Positions 11,845 through 22,249 of a DNA stretch of 64,000 nt are shown here, piece after piece. The translations under genes and the position numbers were made by a program. The notes under the pieces are model-generated. The model had not been told where the DNA came from. It was given only the letters and a program-made list of their open reading frames with translations, and searched no databases. Each line of letters starts with the position of its first letter. Positions within the stretch are counted from its first letter, which is position 1. The stretch spans positions 32,001 to 96,000 of the forward strand of contig CAVUPH010000014.1 in NCBI GenBank assembly GCA_963743305.1, read 5' to 3'. The stretch comes from an uncultured delta proteobacterium (lineage in GTDB: Bacteria; Desulfobacterota; RBG-13-43-22).

Positions 11845-11897
11845 AGCGATGGAGTTCGCTTAACCGTCCCGCGGATTCGGGACTGATAACTCCTGCC
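11845..11897 (+). ncRNA. Fluoride (crcB) riboswitch 1
   Basis: AGCGAUGGAGUUCGCU-UAACCG-UCCCGCGGAUUCGGGA-CUGAUAACUCCUGC matches the P1/pseudoknot consensus. A TAAAAT -10 box lies at 11827. Confidence 0.92.
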
Positions 11898-11926
11898 TAA
11901 TGAAATTTTTGGCAGGAGTTTTTTAT
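11888..11926 (+). terminator. Intrinsic terminator overlapping the riboswitch 1 aptamer (expression platform)
   Basis: AACTCCTGCC pairs with GGCAGGAGTT as a 10-bp stem followed by a T run; the stem competes with the aptamer 3' end. Confidence 0.85.
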
Positions 11927-11985
11927 TTCTTGGGTGACCCCAATGACCTCTGCTCCCGCCAAAATAAGATGATGGGAGGACAAAA

Positions 11986-13746
11986 ATGGTTCTCGATAAA
12001 TACGCGCAACTTAAAAATGAACTCGTAACCTGCATCAACTCCCTGGTGACCATCGAAAGTGACACCAGTGGCCTCTATGAAGAACTCAGAGAAAAAATCC
12101 AAAATAATGTCTTTAACCTCGTTGTTCTCGGACAGTTCAAAAGGGGGAAGACCAGCCTGATCAATGCCCTCCTGGGGGCAGAAATATTACCCACCGCGAT
12201 TGTCCCTCTCACCTCTATTGCCACGATTCTCAAATACGGCGAAACCGTAAATATCAATGTGTATTTCAATGACGGCCGGGTGATGGACATTGAACCGGCA
12301 ACCCTCCCCCAATATGTAACGGAAAAAGGAAATCCCAGAAATGAGAAAGAGGTGCAGGAAGTCATCATCGCTTATCCTTCGACCTATCTAAAAGACGGGG
12401 TCCGGTTAATCGACACCCCCGGCGTCGGATCGGTCTATGAACATAATACCGATGTGGCTTATCATTATTTACCCAAGTCGGATGCCGCCCTGTTTCTCCT
12501 CTCGGTAGATCAGCCGGTGAGCAAGGCCGAGCTTGAATTTTTGAAAGATGTCCAGGAATTCTCAAACAGGATATTCTTTCTCCAGAACAAGGCCGATTAT
12601 GTGGGCGCCGAAGACCTGGCCGAATCCATTTCCTTCTCGAAGAAAATTATTGAGGAGTGCCTGGGCAACGAAGTAAAGATATTCCCTCTTTCCGCCAAAT
12701 GGGCACTCGAAGGCAAATTGTCCGGAACAAAGGAATTTCTGGAGAAAAGTTTTCTTCCCGAATTTGAACGAGTCCTGAATACCTTTCTGATGCAGGAAAA
12801 GGGCCGGGTCCTGCTCCTTTCCGTGACGAATAATCTTCTGCGGCTGCTCGCTCAGGCCCGGTTCAAGCTTGATCTGGAGATGAAATCGTTCTCGACGCCT
12901 TTGGAGGAATTGAAGGAAAAGATAAAGATCTTCGAGAATAAAAAGAAAGAGATCCTGGTCGAAAAAGACGACTTCTACCTCCTGCTGGATGGCGCCACGA
13001 AAAATATTATCAAGAACGTCCTGGATGAAGACACGAAGGCCTTCAGGCAGGAGTTGCTTCTTAAGGTGTCGGAAAACATTGAAACCCGCTACCCGGAGTA
13101 TTCGGGCCTGTCCCTGAAGGAGATTCAGCGGCGTCTTGAAGAACAGATTGTCGCCGAAGTCAAACAGGCCTTTATGGCCTGGCGCGGCCTGGAGGATGAG
13201 AAACTGTCAAAAACCTTTGAGACGTCCTGCCAGAGGTTTATTACCAAGATCGACGAGACCGTGGATTCCCTCCTCAATTTCTCAGCCGACCTCTTCGCCG
13301 TTCCCTTCGATATCGTCCAGGCCGAGGCCATTTGGTCATCGAAGTCGAGGTTTTACTATAAATTCAAGGAGCAGCCGGGGGGGATTGAGATCGTGGCCTC
13401 ATCGCTGACCTTGTTGCTGCCGAAATTCATCGGCGAAAAGATCTTGCTGAAAAAGATGAAGGAATACCTCGAGGGAGTAATAGACAGGCAGTCCGCCAGG
13501 ATTGGTTCTGACTTTGAAGAAAGACTGGATAAGAGTAAGCTGGCTTTCAGGTGGGAGATGCTACAGAGGATTGAGGCCACCATGGAAGGGATATCCCAGG
13601 CTATCGAAACGGGGATGAGCCGGAAATTGCAGGGCGAAAAGGCCGTGGAGGAACAAAAGGCTTTCCTCCTGAAAAAGGAAAAGAGAATGGGTGAAATCAA
13701 GGAAAAATTGATGTGGATACGGGAAAATTTATCCAGTAAAATTTGA
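11986..13746 (+). CDS. Bacterial dynamin-like GTPase (DLP-A)
   Basis: G1 GQFKRGKT, G2 PLTS, G3 DTPG and G4 NKAD motifs, followed by a long helical/coiled-coil C-terminus. Confidence 0.9.
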   Translation: MVLDKYAQLKNELVTCINSLVTIESDTSGLYEELREKIQNNVFNLVVLGQFKRGKTSLINALLGAEILPTAIVPLTSIATILKYGETVNINVYFNDGRVMDIEPATLPQYVTEKGNPRNEKEVQEVIIAYPSTYLKDGVRLIDTPGVGSVYEHNTDVAYHYLPKSDAALFLLSVDQPVSKAELEFLKDVQEFSNRIFFLQNKADYVGAEDLAESISFSKKIIEECLGNEVKIFPLSAKWALEGKLSGTKEFLEKSFLPEFERVLNTFLMQEKGRVLLLSVTNNLLRLLAQARFKLDLEMKSFSTPLEELKEKIKIFENKKKEILVEKDDFYLLLDGATKNIIKNVLDEDTKAFRQELLLKVSENIETRYPEYSGLSLKEIQRRLEEQIVAEVKQAFMAWRGLEDEKLSKTFETSCQRFITKIDETVDSLLNFSADLFAVPFDIVQAEAIWSSKSRFYYKFKEQPGGIEIVASSLTLLLPKFIGEKILLKKMKEYLEGVIDRQSARIGSDFEERLDKSKLAFRWEMLQRIEATMEGISQAIETGMSRKLQGEKAVEEQKAFLLKKEKRMGEIKEKLMWIRENLSSKI

Positions 13747-13887
13747 TGGTTTCGAAAAAAGTCCCCAACGCTGTCATTGCGAGGAGTGAAGCGACGAAGC
13801 AATCCCCAAGAATCAGGCAATTACCATGGTGGGGATTGCTTCGCTTCGCTCGCAATGACAGGTTTTTGGACTTTTGCGAGGTTATCA
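13744..13887. repeat. MITE/REP-like palindromic element, copy 1
   Basis: TGATGGTTTCG...GTCATTGCGAG...GCAATCCCCA/TGGGGATTGC...CTCGCAATGAC...ATCA; an inverted copy lies at 45635..45782. Confidence 0.85.
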
Positions 13888-13916
13888 AAACTGAACCCCT
13901 TTGAGGGAGGTCTGCC

Positions 13917-14378
13917 ATGCCGGAAGAAAAATGCGTTTTTTGTAGTATTGCCGCCGGACAGGCGCCGGCCCATATCGTCCAGGAGGATGGTCTGTCCCTG
14001 GCCTTGCTGGATATAAATCCTTTGGCTCAGGGCCACTGCCTGATCATTCCCAGAAGGCATGTGCCCTGGTGGCATGACCTGACGAAAAAAGAAACCGACA
14101 GCCTCTTTCGAATGGCCCAAGAAGTTGCCGGAAAAATCATGGAAACCTTCCATCCGGATTTCGTTTGCATGTACGCCCGGGGGAGAAGGATCCCCCATAC
14201 CCATATATTTTTAGTCCCCACCTATTCGGGTGATCCCCTGGACCGCTTTTTCAATGCCCTGGAAGGGTTCCAGGAGACGCCGACGGAGTTGAGTCGGCTC
14301 AAACGGCCGGACCGGATGCGGGCGACAGCGGAACGTTTGCGGAAATCGGTCTGTCTCCGGGCAGGTGAAGGGGAATAG
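13917..14378 (+). CDS. HIT-family nucleotide hydrolase
   Basis: CVFCSI, LDINPLAQGHCLIIP and PHTHIFLVP motifs. Confidence 0.9.
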   Translation: MPEEKCVFCSIAAGQAPAHIVQEDGLSLALLDINPLAQGHCLIIPRRHVPWWHDLTKKETDSLFRMAQEVAGKIMETFHPDFVCMYARGRRIPHTHIFLVPTYSGDPLDRFFNALEGFQETPTELSRLKRPDRMRATAERLRKSVCLRAGEGE

Positions 14379-14411
14379 GCGATAAACCAAGGACCTATTC
14401 AGGCCAATAGA

Positions 14412-14440
14412 TTGAAATTGCTAAATAATTTATGCATAAT
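14412..14440 (+). promoter_or_regulatory. sigma70 promoter upstream of the mgtA leader
   Basis: TTGAAA-N17-CATAAT. Confidence 0.55.
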
Positions 14441-14770
14441 CCCCGCCGTTGGGCCTTTGAGGTCGGACCCCACAAAAAGCTTGCCCCCTTGGCGGATGGG
14501 GAGTAAACTACCGCCATTTTAGGTGACCAGGAAGCCTGTGGATAGATGGAATTTTAGTTGAAGGTATCGCAATGAATGACCCGGATGGTAGTGATAGACC
14601 GTCTGAATAAAACCGAAAGAACGAATTCCACCGAATTGGAAGACCCTGTACCTCAACGACCAGAGGTTGCCTTTGGAATAATGAACGGTCGGCGTTCCTA
14701 CCGAGCTTAACCCGCCGGTTCGCCCCCGGCCGCCTTCTCCTTCCTGCCGCGGCCTTAATGGAGGTGAACC

Positions 14771-14926
14771 ATGCAAATCAAGATTTCACTTCTCGTTCCC
14801 GTGTTCCAAGTAATGCCGGCGATCGGGACCGTCAACTCCTATCAAAAATTCCATGAGGCGGCACGCCCCGCCGTGATGGCCGAACGGCTTTCCACCTTAG
14901 CCGGGGAATCGAAGGTTGCGCCATGA
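14771..14926 (+). CDS. 51-aa small ORF translationally coupled to mgtA
   Basis: Strong RBS GGAGGTGA; MQIKISLLVPVFQVMPAIGT...KVAP*; its stop overlaps the mgtA ATG (ATGA). Confidence 0.45.
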   Translation: MQIKISLLVPVFQVMPAIGTVNSYQKFHEAARPAVMAERLSTLAGESKVAP

Positions 14927-17586
14927 AAAAGCGATTCCTTGCGCGATTCTCGAAGGGCTCCGGTATCCAATCGCCCGCAACCCAAACCTTGAACGGGCAT
15001 GAACGGCAATTGGTGGAGCTTTGCACGATCCCCATCCAGGAAGCGCTTAGGCACGCTCAAGACGACCCTTCAGGGACTCAAGGCCGAAGAAGCGGATCAT
15101 CGACTGGACGAGTACGGCCCCAACGAGTTGTCTCATCTCAAGCGCCTGGGTTTCTGGGCCGACATGGCTCACCGCCTGAAGAGTCCTCTGGTCGTTCAGC
15201 TCTTGGTGATCGCACTGGTCTCCGGGGTCATCGGCGAGTTGAAGTCAACCGCCATCGTCTCCGCGATGATCGTGTTGAGCGTCGGGTTGTCCTACATTCT
15301 CGACCGCCGCTCCAGCCGTACCGTCGAATCCCTCGGCAAGCGCGTTCAGTCCCGCACCTTCGTCTTGCGGGATGGCGTGGAGACCGAGGTCAGGATATCC
15401 GAAATCGTTCCGGGCGACATCGTGCTCCTCCAGGCCGGCTCCATCGTTCCGGCGGATCTGCGGTTGATCGCCGCCAAGGATTTTTTCGTCAGCGAGTCGG
15501 CCCTGACCGGGGAATCCATGCCGGTCGAAAAAACGAGTGCAAGCGCCGACTCATCCATCCAGTCGGCCATGGATCTGCCAAACGCCTGTTTTTTCGGGAC
15601 CTCCGTTACCAGCGGCACGGCCCGGGGCGTGGTCGTGAACACCGGCACCCGCACCCTGTTTGGAGCCATTTCGGAGCGGCTGACCGAAAAGCGGGAGGAA
15701 ACCAGCTTCGACCGGGGCGTGCGTTCCTTCACCTGGCTGATGATCCGGTTCATGGTGGTGATGGTCTGCGCGGTGTTCTTCATCGTGGGCATGACCAAGG
15801 GCAACTGGCTGGAGGCGCTGCTGTTCGGCCTGTCCATTGCCGTCGGCCTCACCCCGGAAATGCTGCCGATGATCGTCACCGTCAACCTGGCCAAGGGCGC
15901 GCTGACCATGGCCAAGAAAAAGGTCATCGTCAAACGGCTGCCGTCGATCCAGAACTTCGGAGCCATCGACATCCTGTGCACGGACAAGACCGGGACCCTG
16001 ACCCAGGACCGGGTCGTTCTGGAGCGCCATGTCGATATCGTCGGACACACCAGCGAAGAGGTCCTGAACTACGCCTATCTCAACAGCTACTTCCAGACCG
16101 GCCTGCGCAACCTGATCGACCGGGCGGTTCTCGAGTCATGCCGACCTGCATCCGGAGCAGGACTGCCGGCTTGTGGATGAACTGCCCTTTGATTTTCAGC
16201 GCCGCCGCATGTCCGTGGTGGTGGACTATGAAGAGGACCATGTCCTGATCTGCAAAGGCGCGGTGGAGGAGATCTACGCCTGTTGCAGCCATTATCAGAT
16301 CGAGGACGAGGTCTATCCGCTGATCGACATGATCCGTGCCGACCTGTTCGAAGAGGTCGAGAAGCTCAATCGCGACGGTTTCCGGGTCCTCGGCATCGCT
16401 TATCGGGAGTTTCCCCGGTCGACAAGACCGTTTTCACGGTCGATGATGAAAGCCAACTCATCCTGCTCGGCTATATCGCCTTCTTCGATCCGCCCAAAGT
16501 CTCCGCCACGGAGGCGATTGAGCTTCTGGCAAAAGCCGGAGTGAAGGTCAAGGTTCTGACCGGCGACAACGGCCTGGTGACCGAAAAGGTCTGCCGGGAT
16601 GTGGGACTCGATGCGGAACGGATCGTCACGGGAGCGGAACTCTCACGGCTTTCCCCGAGCGATTTCTCGAAAACGGTGCAGGACAGCAATGTCTTCGTCA
16701 AGCTCTCTCCGGCGCAAAAAGAGCAGATTGTGAAGGAACTGCGCGAACAACGGCCACGTGGTGGGGTTCATGGGCGACGGCATCAACGACGCGCCGGCGC
16801 TGAAGGCGGCGGATGTCGGCATTTCGGTGGATTCCGCGGTCGACGTGGCCAAGGAAGCCGCGGACATCGTGCTCCTGGAAAAGAGCCTCCTGGTCCTGGA
16901 AGAGGGCATCATGGAAGGCCGGAGGGTCTTCGCCAATATCGTCAAATACATCCGCATGGGCGCCAGCTCCAATTTCGGCAACATGTTCAGCGTGGTCGGG
17001 GCGAGCTACCTGCTGCCTTTCCTTCCCATGCAGCCGGTGCAGATTCTCACGAACAACCTGCTCTACGACTTCTCGCAGACCGGAATTCCCACCGACAATG
17101 TGGATGAGGAACTGATCGCCAAGCCCCTCAAATGGAATATCGACAACATCAAGCGCTTCATGGTCTTCATCGGGCCGATCAGCTCCATCTTCGACTACGC
17201 CACCTTCGCCCTGATGTGGTTCTTTTTCCATTGCAGCGCCTTTCTCGATCCCGCGACCGGCGCCATGCAAAAGGAATCGCTGGCGCGGCTCTTTCAGACC
17301 GGATGGTTCGTGGAGTCGCTGCTGACCCAGACATTGATCGTCCATATCATCAGGACCAGGAGGATCCCCTTCTTCGGAAGCCGGGCCTCCTTGCCACATG
17401 ACTATGACGACCCTGATCATCATGGCCATCGGGGCCTGGTTGCCGTATTCGCCTTTCGCGGCCGATTTGGGGATGGTTCCGCTGCCCGCGGTCTACTGGG
17501 CCTGGATAGCGGCTTTTCTGGTGACATACGCCGTGCTGACACACGTGGTGAAGACCTGGTTCTTCAAGCGTTTTGGAGGTGATTGA
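14923..17586 (+). CDS. mgtA: Mg2+-translocating P-type ATPase (several frameshifts)
   Basis: [43 protein letters not shown] and ASSNFGN motifs are spread over successive frames. Confidence 0.9.
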
Positions 17587-18393
17587 TCATGGATACTATT
17601 TTGGATGCCCTTCAGGAGGGCAGATTGTTCGAGCTGCCTGAAAACGACAAGGCCCATGCCTTGCAGTTTCTGGCGCACATCATCGAAGCCTTTCCGGAGA
17701 CCCCCGCCGGAACCGATGTGGTCGGACTTGTCATGAAAAGAGAAGAGGCGACCAACACCGCCATCGGCAAGGGCTGGGCCTGTCCGCATGCGCGGGTGCC
17801 CTATGACGAGGATCTCATGTGCGTGATCGGATGGAGTCCGACGGGAATCGATTACGGCGCGCCGGACGGCAAGCCCGTCTCGCTGGTCGTCATGTACCTG
17901 GTTCCGGACAACCAGCGGAATCATTACCTGCGCGAGGTATCGATGCTGGCCAAGGCGCTTGAAACCTATCCCGACCTTGAAAAGTTTAGTGAAGCCGGAA
18001 ACCTGGACGATGTCCGCAACTACCTGCTCGACCTGATTGACGCCACCAAGGGAACTGTCGGTCCGGATGCCCGGGCCAAGATGATCCGGCTGCAAACCAA
18101 GGCGGCTCTTGAAACATTCCCCCTTCGCGACCTTTCGAATCTGATTGTGGAGCCCGTCACGCTTGTCGCCGGTCCGGGAATAAAGCACATTGCTCTCACC
18201 CAGAATGCCGAGTCTTGCGGAATGGCTCGACTCCGCGAGCGATCTGATCGAAAAGATGGAAACCGACGGCGTGTACCAGAACGGCGGATGGCGCGTCTTG
18301 CGCCGGGGCGCGTTACCTATCAAGGCGGGACGGGTTGCCTATGATTGCCTGGCGATCCGGATGGCTTCAGGGAACTCGGTCACTATTAAATAA
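17583..18393 (+). CDS. PTS EIIA (Ntr/Fru-type) domain protein with C-terminal extension (frameshifted)
   Basis: REEATNTAIGKGWACPHAR (phospho-His motif) and GIDYGAPDGKPV. Confidence 0.75.
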
Positions 18394-18435
18394 CCGAATA
18401 AAGGTATTTCCCGGCGTTTTACCTTTTGCCCTTTA

Positions 18436-18909
18436 TTAAAAGCGTAAAGTCGCCTTCAACCTTTTGGGGTTCAGTAAAAGGTCCAGACCGTCCAGGATAC
18501 TGCGGACATGGATATCCGCCGAGGTAATCGCATCCACAGCGCAACCTTCCCCCTCGGAAACAGCAATACCTACTTTGGCTGTTTTGAGCATCCGGCGGTC
18601 GTTATTCCCGTTACCGAAGGCTATGGTATTTTCAGACCCGATTTTTAGCAGGTATGCTTCCTTTTGTCGGTCATGGTTTTCTCCGGAAAGGATATGAATC
18701 TGGCCCCCATTTATCTCCTGTAATTCTTCCCTGGCCTTACCGAAGGTATCGGCTGTTAAAAAGTGAATTTCCAAAAATTCGCTGATCTTATTCAATCTAT
18801 CTTTTACCCCGTCGATTAAGCGTCCATCAACCGAGAGTGTTCCGGTGAAATCGGAAACCAGATATTTTAATTGAATCGGCCCAAATCCGGGGATGTCTAA
18901 ATCAAACAT
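18436..18909 (-). CDS. HAD-family soluble P-type-ATPase-like protein, copy 2
   Basis: SDFTGTLSVDG, LTADTFG and GNGNND motifs. Confidence 0.85.
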   Translation of the reverse strand: MFDLDIPGFGPIQLKYLVSDFTGTLSVDGRLIDGVKDRLNKISEFLEIHFLTADTFGKAREELQEINGGQIHILSGENHDRQKEAYLLKIGSENTIAFGNGNNDRRMLKTAKVGIAVSEGEGCAVDAITSADIHVRSILDGLDLLLNPKRLKATLRF

Positions 18910-18938
18910 AAGTCCTCCTTATTTTTCCTTTTTAGGAA

Positions 18939-20130
18939 TTATTGTCTTTTCCGTTTAAAGAGTAAATAGATAAACAAAAGGGCCGACAGCCAGGCCGTGG
19001 CCGTACCGTACAGGAAGGTCGCCGGGGGGCCGAAACGATCCCAGAGGAGCCCGCCGATGAGGCTGGCCGGGAACACCGCCAGCCCAACCAGGGTATTATA
19101 AAGCCCGAATCCGGTGGCCTTGAACTCTTGAGGGATGATGGTGGCTAAGAAGGCCTTCTGCACCCCCTCGGTCATGGCCATAAAAAGGCCGTAGGCGATG
19201 AACAAAAACCAGATGTGGACTGGGCGCCCGGCCTGGGCAAATCCCAGGTAGATGAACCCAAAAAGGATAAAACTCAAAAAGATGATCGGTTTTGGTCCGA
19301 TTCGGTCCGATAATATACCGGCGGGCAAGGCCCCCAGGCCATAAATGACATTAAAAGTGAGATAGACCAGGGGAATGACAGCCAGCGGAATCCCCACATT
19401 TTGGGCCCGTAGGATCAGGAATACATCGCTGGAGTTTCCCAGAGAAAACAGGGCCGCCACCACGATAAAAAATTTATAGGAACCACTGAAACTTTTCCAA
19501 CCCAGCCTGGGTCTTCCCGCCTCAGGGATCGAACAGGCCCGGGTTTCCCGAATGAAAAAAATGATGATCAGGACGGCCAGGGCCCCCGGGATCATGGACA
19601 GCCAGAACACCAGACGATACTGGCCGTTAAAATAAGCCAGCAGCCCAAAGGCTACCGCCGGGCCGACCACGGCCCCCAGGGTATCCATGCCCCGATGGAA
19701 ACCGAAGGAACGTCCCAGGTTTGGCGCTTCACAGGATTCGGCAATCAGGGCGTCCCTCGGGGCAGTGCGGACCCCTTTGCCGAAACGGTCCATGAAGCGG
19801 GAGGCCAGGACCTGCCCCCAATTAGGGGCGGTGGCGATCAGCGGACGGCTCAGGGTGGAGATTCCGTAGCCCAGGGCCATAAGCCATTTCCGATGGCCCG
19901 AGCGATCCGAGAGCCAACCTGAAAAGACTTTCAGCAGGCTGGCCGTGCTCTCGGCAATTCCCTCAATCAGACCAATAACCGACTTTGGGACCCCGAGTAC
20001 GGAAGAAAGGAATAGAGGTACCAGGGGGTAGACCATCTCCGAACTGAAGTCCATGAAAAAACTGACCAGTCCGGTAAAGAAGATATTTCGGTTGAGGCCC
20101 GCAGATTTTGTTTGGGGAATTTGTTCCCAT
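18939..20130 (-). CDS. MFS transporter (5' frameshift)
   Basis: DFSSEM, GWLSDRSG, DRFGKGVRTAPRDALIA and GILSDRIG motifs with about 12 hydrophobic segments. Confidence 0.9.
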
Positions 20131-20170
20131 GGAATTATCCGTTCTATTTCATTTATTCGCCGGACAGTAG

Positions 20171-20188
20171 ATGTAACTGTAGTTACAT
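20171..20188. promoter_or_regulatory. Palindromic operator between the divergent MFS and chrB-like genes
   Basis: ATGTAACT-GT-AGTTACAT is a perfect inverted repeat. Further GTTACAT half sites occur near 20228 and upstream of the MFS remnant near 5945. Confidence 0.6.
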
Positions 20189-20278
20189 TATATAAATTGA
20201 ATTGTCAAGAAATAATTTAAAATTACTGTTACATTTATTTGTTTGACATTTTTATGGACTAACTTATATCATTGAACC

Positions 20279-20920
20279 ATGAAATGGCTTTTTTTTTCCT
20301 ATAGTCTCCCGACGGAACCGTCCAAGGCCAGAGTGTATACCTGGAGGCAGTTAAAAAAACTGGGAGCCGTAAATTACCAATCGGTCTGGGTCCTGCCGTA
20401 TTCCAAGGAATGGCTCGAAGACCTCACGAAGCTTATGGAGTCCATTGGAAGCCGCCGAGGGGAAAGCCTGCTGATTGAGGGAAAAAGCTTGACCAAGGAG
20501 CAAGAGGATCGAATCAATAAGGCCTTTATCGATTCACGAAATGAGGAATACGGGGAATTGATCGAAAAGTGTGAAGATTATTTCAAGGAGATCGATTTTG
20601 AAATCGAGAGGCAAAATTTCATCTTTGCCGAGGTGGAGGAAAATGAGGAGGAACTTGAAAAACTTAAACTGTGGTTTAAAAAGGTGGCCAAGCGGGATGT
20701 CCTGGATGTGCCGCTACGCAAGGTAGCAGTTGAGAAATTAATAGACTGCGAAAAGCGTTTTGAGGAATTTTCCCAAAAGGTTTTCGAACATGTTCAATTG
20801 AAAAATACGGAGAAAAAGGGGCCCACCCCAAAGAAGGCCTTGAGGAAAAAGAAAGATTCAGGAACGCTATTTTCCTGCGGGCTGAAAGGGAAGCCGAGGG
20901 AGGACGAACTTTTAAAATAA
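20279..20920 (+). CDS. ChrB N-terminal-domain protein (putative transcriptional regulator)
   Basis: WLFFSYSLPTEPSKARVYTWRQLKKLGAV, FIDSRNEEYGE and ENEEELEKLKLW...RD resemble ChrB-family short proteins. Confidence 0.75.
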   Translation: MKWLFFSYSLPTEPSKARVYTWRQLKKLGAVNYQSVWVLPYSKEWLEDLTKLMESIGSRRGESLLIEGKSLTKEQEDRINKAFIDSRNEEYGELIEKCEDYFKEIDFEIERQNFIFAEVEENEEELEKLKLWFKKVAKRDVLDVPLRKVAVEKLIDCEKRFEEFSQKVFEHVQLKNTEKKGPTPKKALRKKKDSGTLFSCGLKGKPREDELLK

Positions 20921-21042
20921 TCGAAGGCGAACCATTGTCAACCAGTTTTGCCGAAGATTTATATCAAGCACTTTGATCTCTGGGGAGAAGACAAACCTTC
21001 CGCCAATGCCCAGCCTGTGGAAAAAAACGATGAGGAGGAGGT

Positions 21043-22243
21043 ATGGCAGATTTTAATTTGATCCGTGAATTAACCGTAACCGCCGATACCAAGATCGTGC
21101 TTCTTGTCATGGACGGTCTTGGCGGGGTGCCGAATGCGCCGGGCGGACCCACCGAACTGGAGTCCGCCCGCACACCGAACCTTGACCGTCTGGCGGTCAA
21201 AAGCATGCTGGGCTCTCAATCCCCATCGGGCACGGTATCACCCCAGGCTCCGGACCGGGGCACCTGGCCCTGTTCGGCTACGACCCGCTCAAGTTTCTCA
21301 TCGGCCGGGGTGCTGGAGGCGCTCGGCATCGGTTTTGAGCTGACGCCGGACGACGTGGCCGCGCGGGGCAATTTCTGCACGGTGGATGACAAGCTGCTCA
21401 TCACCGACCGCCGCGCCGGACGCATTCCGACGAAAAAATGCGCCGAGCTGGTGGTTAAGCTGCGGGCGATCCGGCTGCCGCAGGTGGAGATCTTCGTCGA
21501 GCCGGTTCAGGACTACCGGTTTGCGCTGATCTTCCGTGGCAAGAGCCGTCCGCCGCCCTGACCGACACCGATCCGCAAAAGACCGGGCTTCCGCCGCTTC
21601 AGGTCAGGCCCGGGCCGAGGAGGCGCGCAAGACGGCCGAGATGGTCAATTGCTGGGTTGCGGCCGCCCGCGAGCTGCTTAAAGACGAGCAGCCGGCCAAC
21701 ATGGTGACGCTGCGGGGCTGGGCCAAGGAACCCGGTCTTCCCAAGTTCGACGACATCTACCGTCTCAAGGCCGAGCCATCGCCGTGTACCCGATGTACAA
21801 GGGCCTGGCCAGCTGGTCGGCATGGACGTGGTACCGGACTGCACAGTCTGGAGGAGCAGATCGAGGCGCTGAAGGCGAACTGGGAGGATTACGACTTCTT
21901 CTTCGTCCACTATCAAGTACACCGACAGCCGGGGCGAAGACGGCGACTTCGCGGCCAAGGCCGCCGAAATCGAGAAGGTGGACGCCGCGATCCCGCGTTT
22001 CCTGGATCTCAAGCCGGACGTGTTCATCGTGACCGGCGACCACAGCACGCCGGCCGTTTGGAAGGCGCATTCCTGGCACCCCGTGCCGACCCTGCTCTAC
22101 GCTCCGCATCTGGCCGGCCGCAACGACGTGAAGGGATTCGGGGAGACCGAATGCCTGCGGGGGCGCTCGGCCAGTTCCAGGCCATGGACCTGATGCCGCT
22201 GGCGTTAGCCTATGCCGGGCGCATGGCCAAGTTCGGCGCTTAG
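21043..22243 (+). CDS. apgM: Cofactor-independent phosphoglycerate mutase, ApgM type (several frameshifts)
   Basis: [39 protein letters not shown] and TGDHSTP...HSWHPVP motifs. Confidence 0.85.
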
Positions 22244-22249
22244 CCCTGC

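Noticed and set aside
14518-14660. M-box (ykoK) riboswitch upstream of mgtA (TTAGGTGA...CTCAACGA)
   Set aside because: Only the ends resemble the motif; the conserved core (GAGGCUCCU, CUGCCC, UGCUAAA) is absent.
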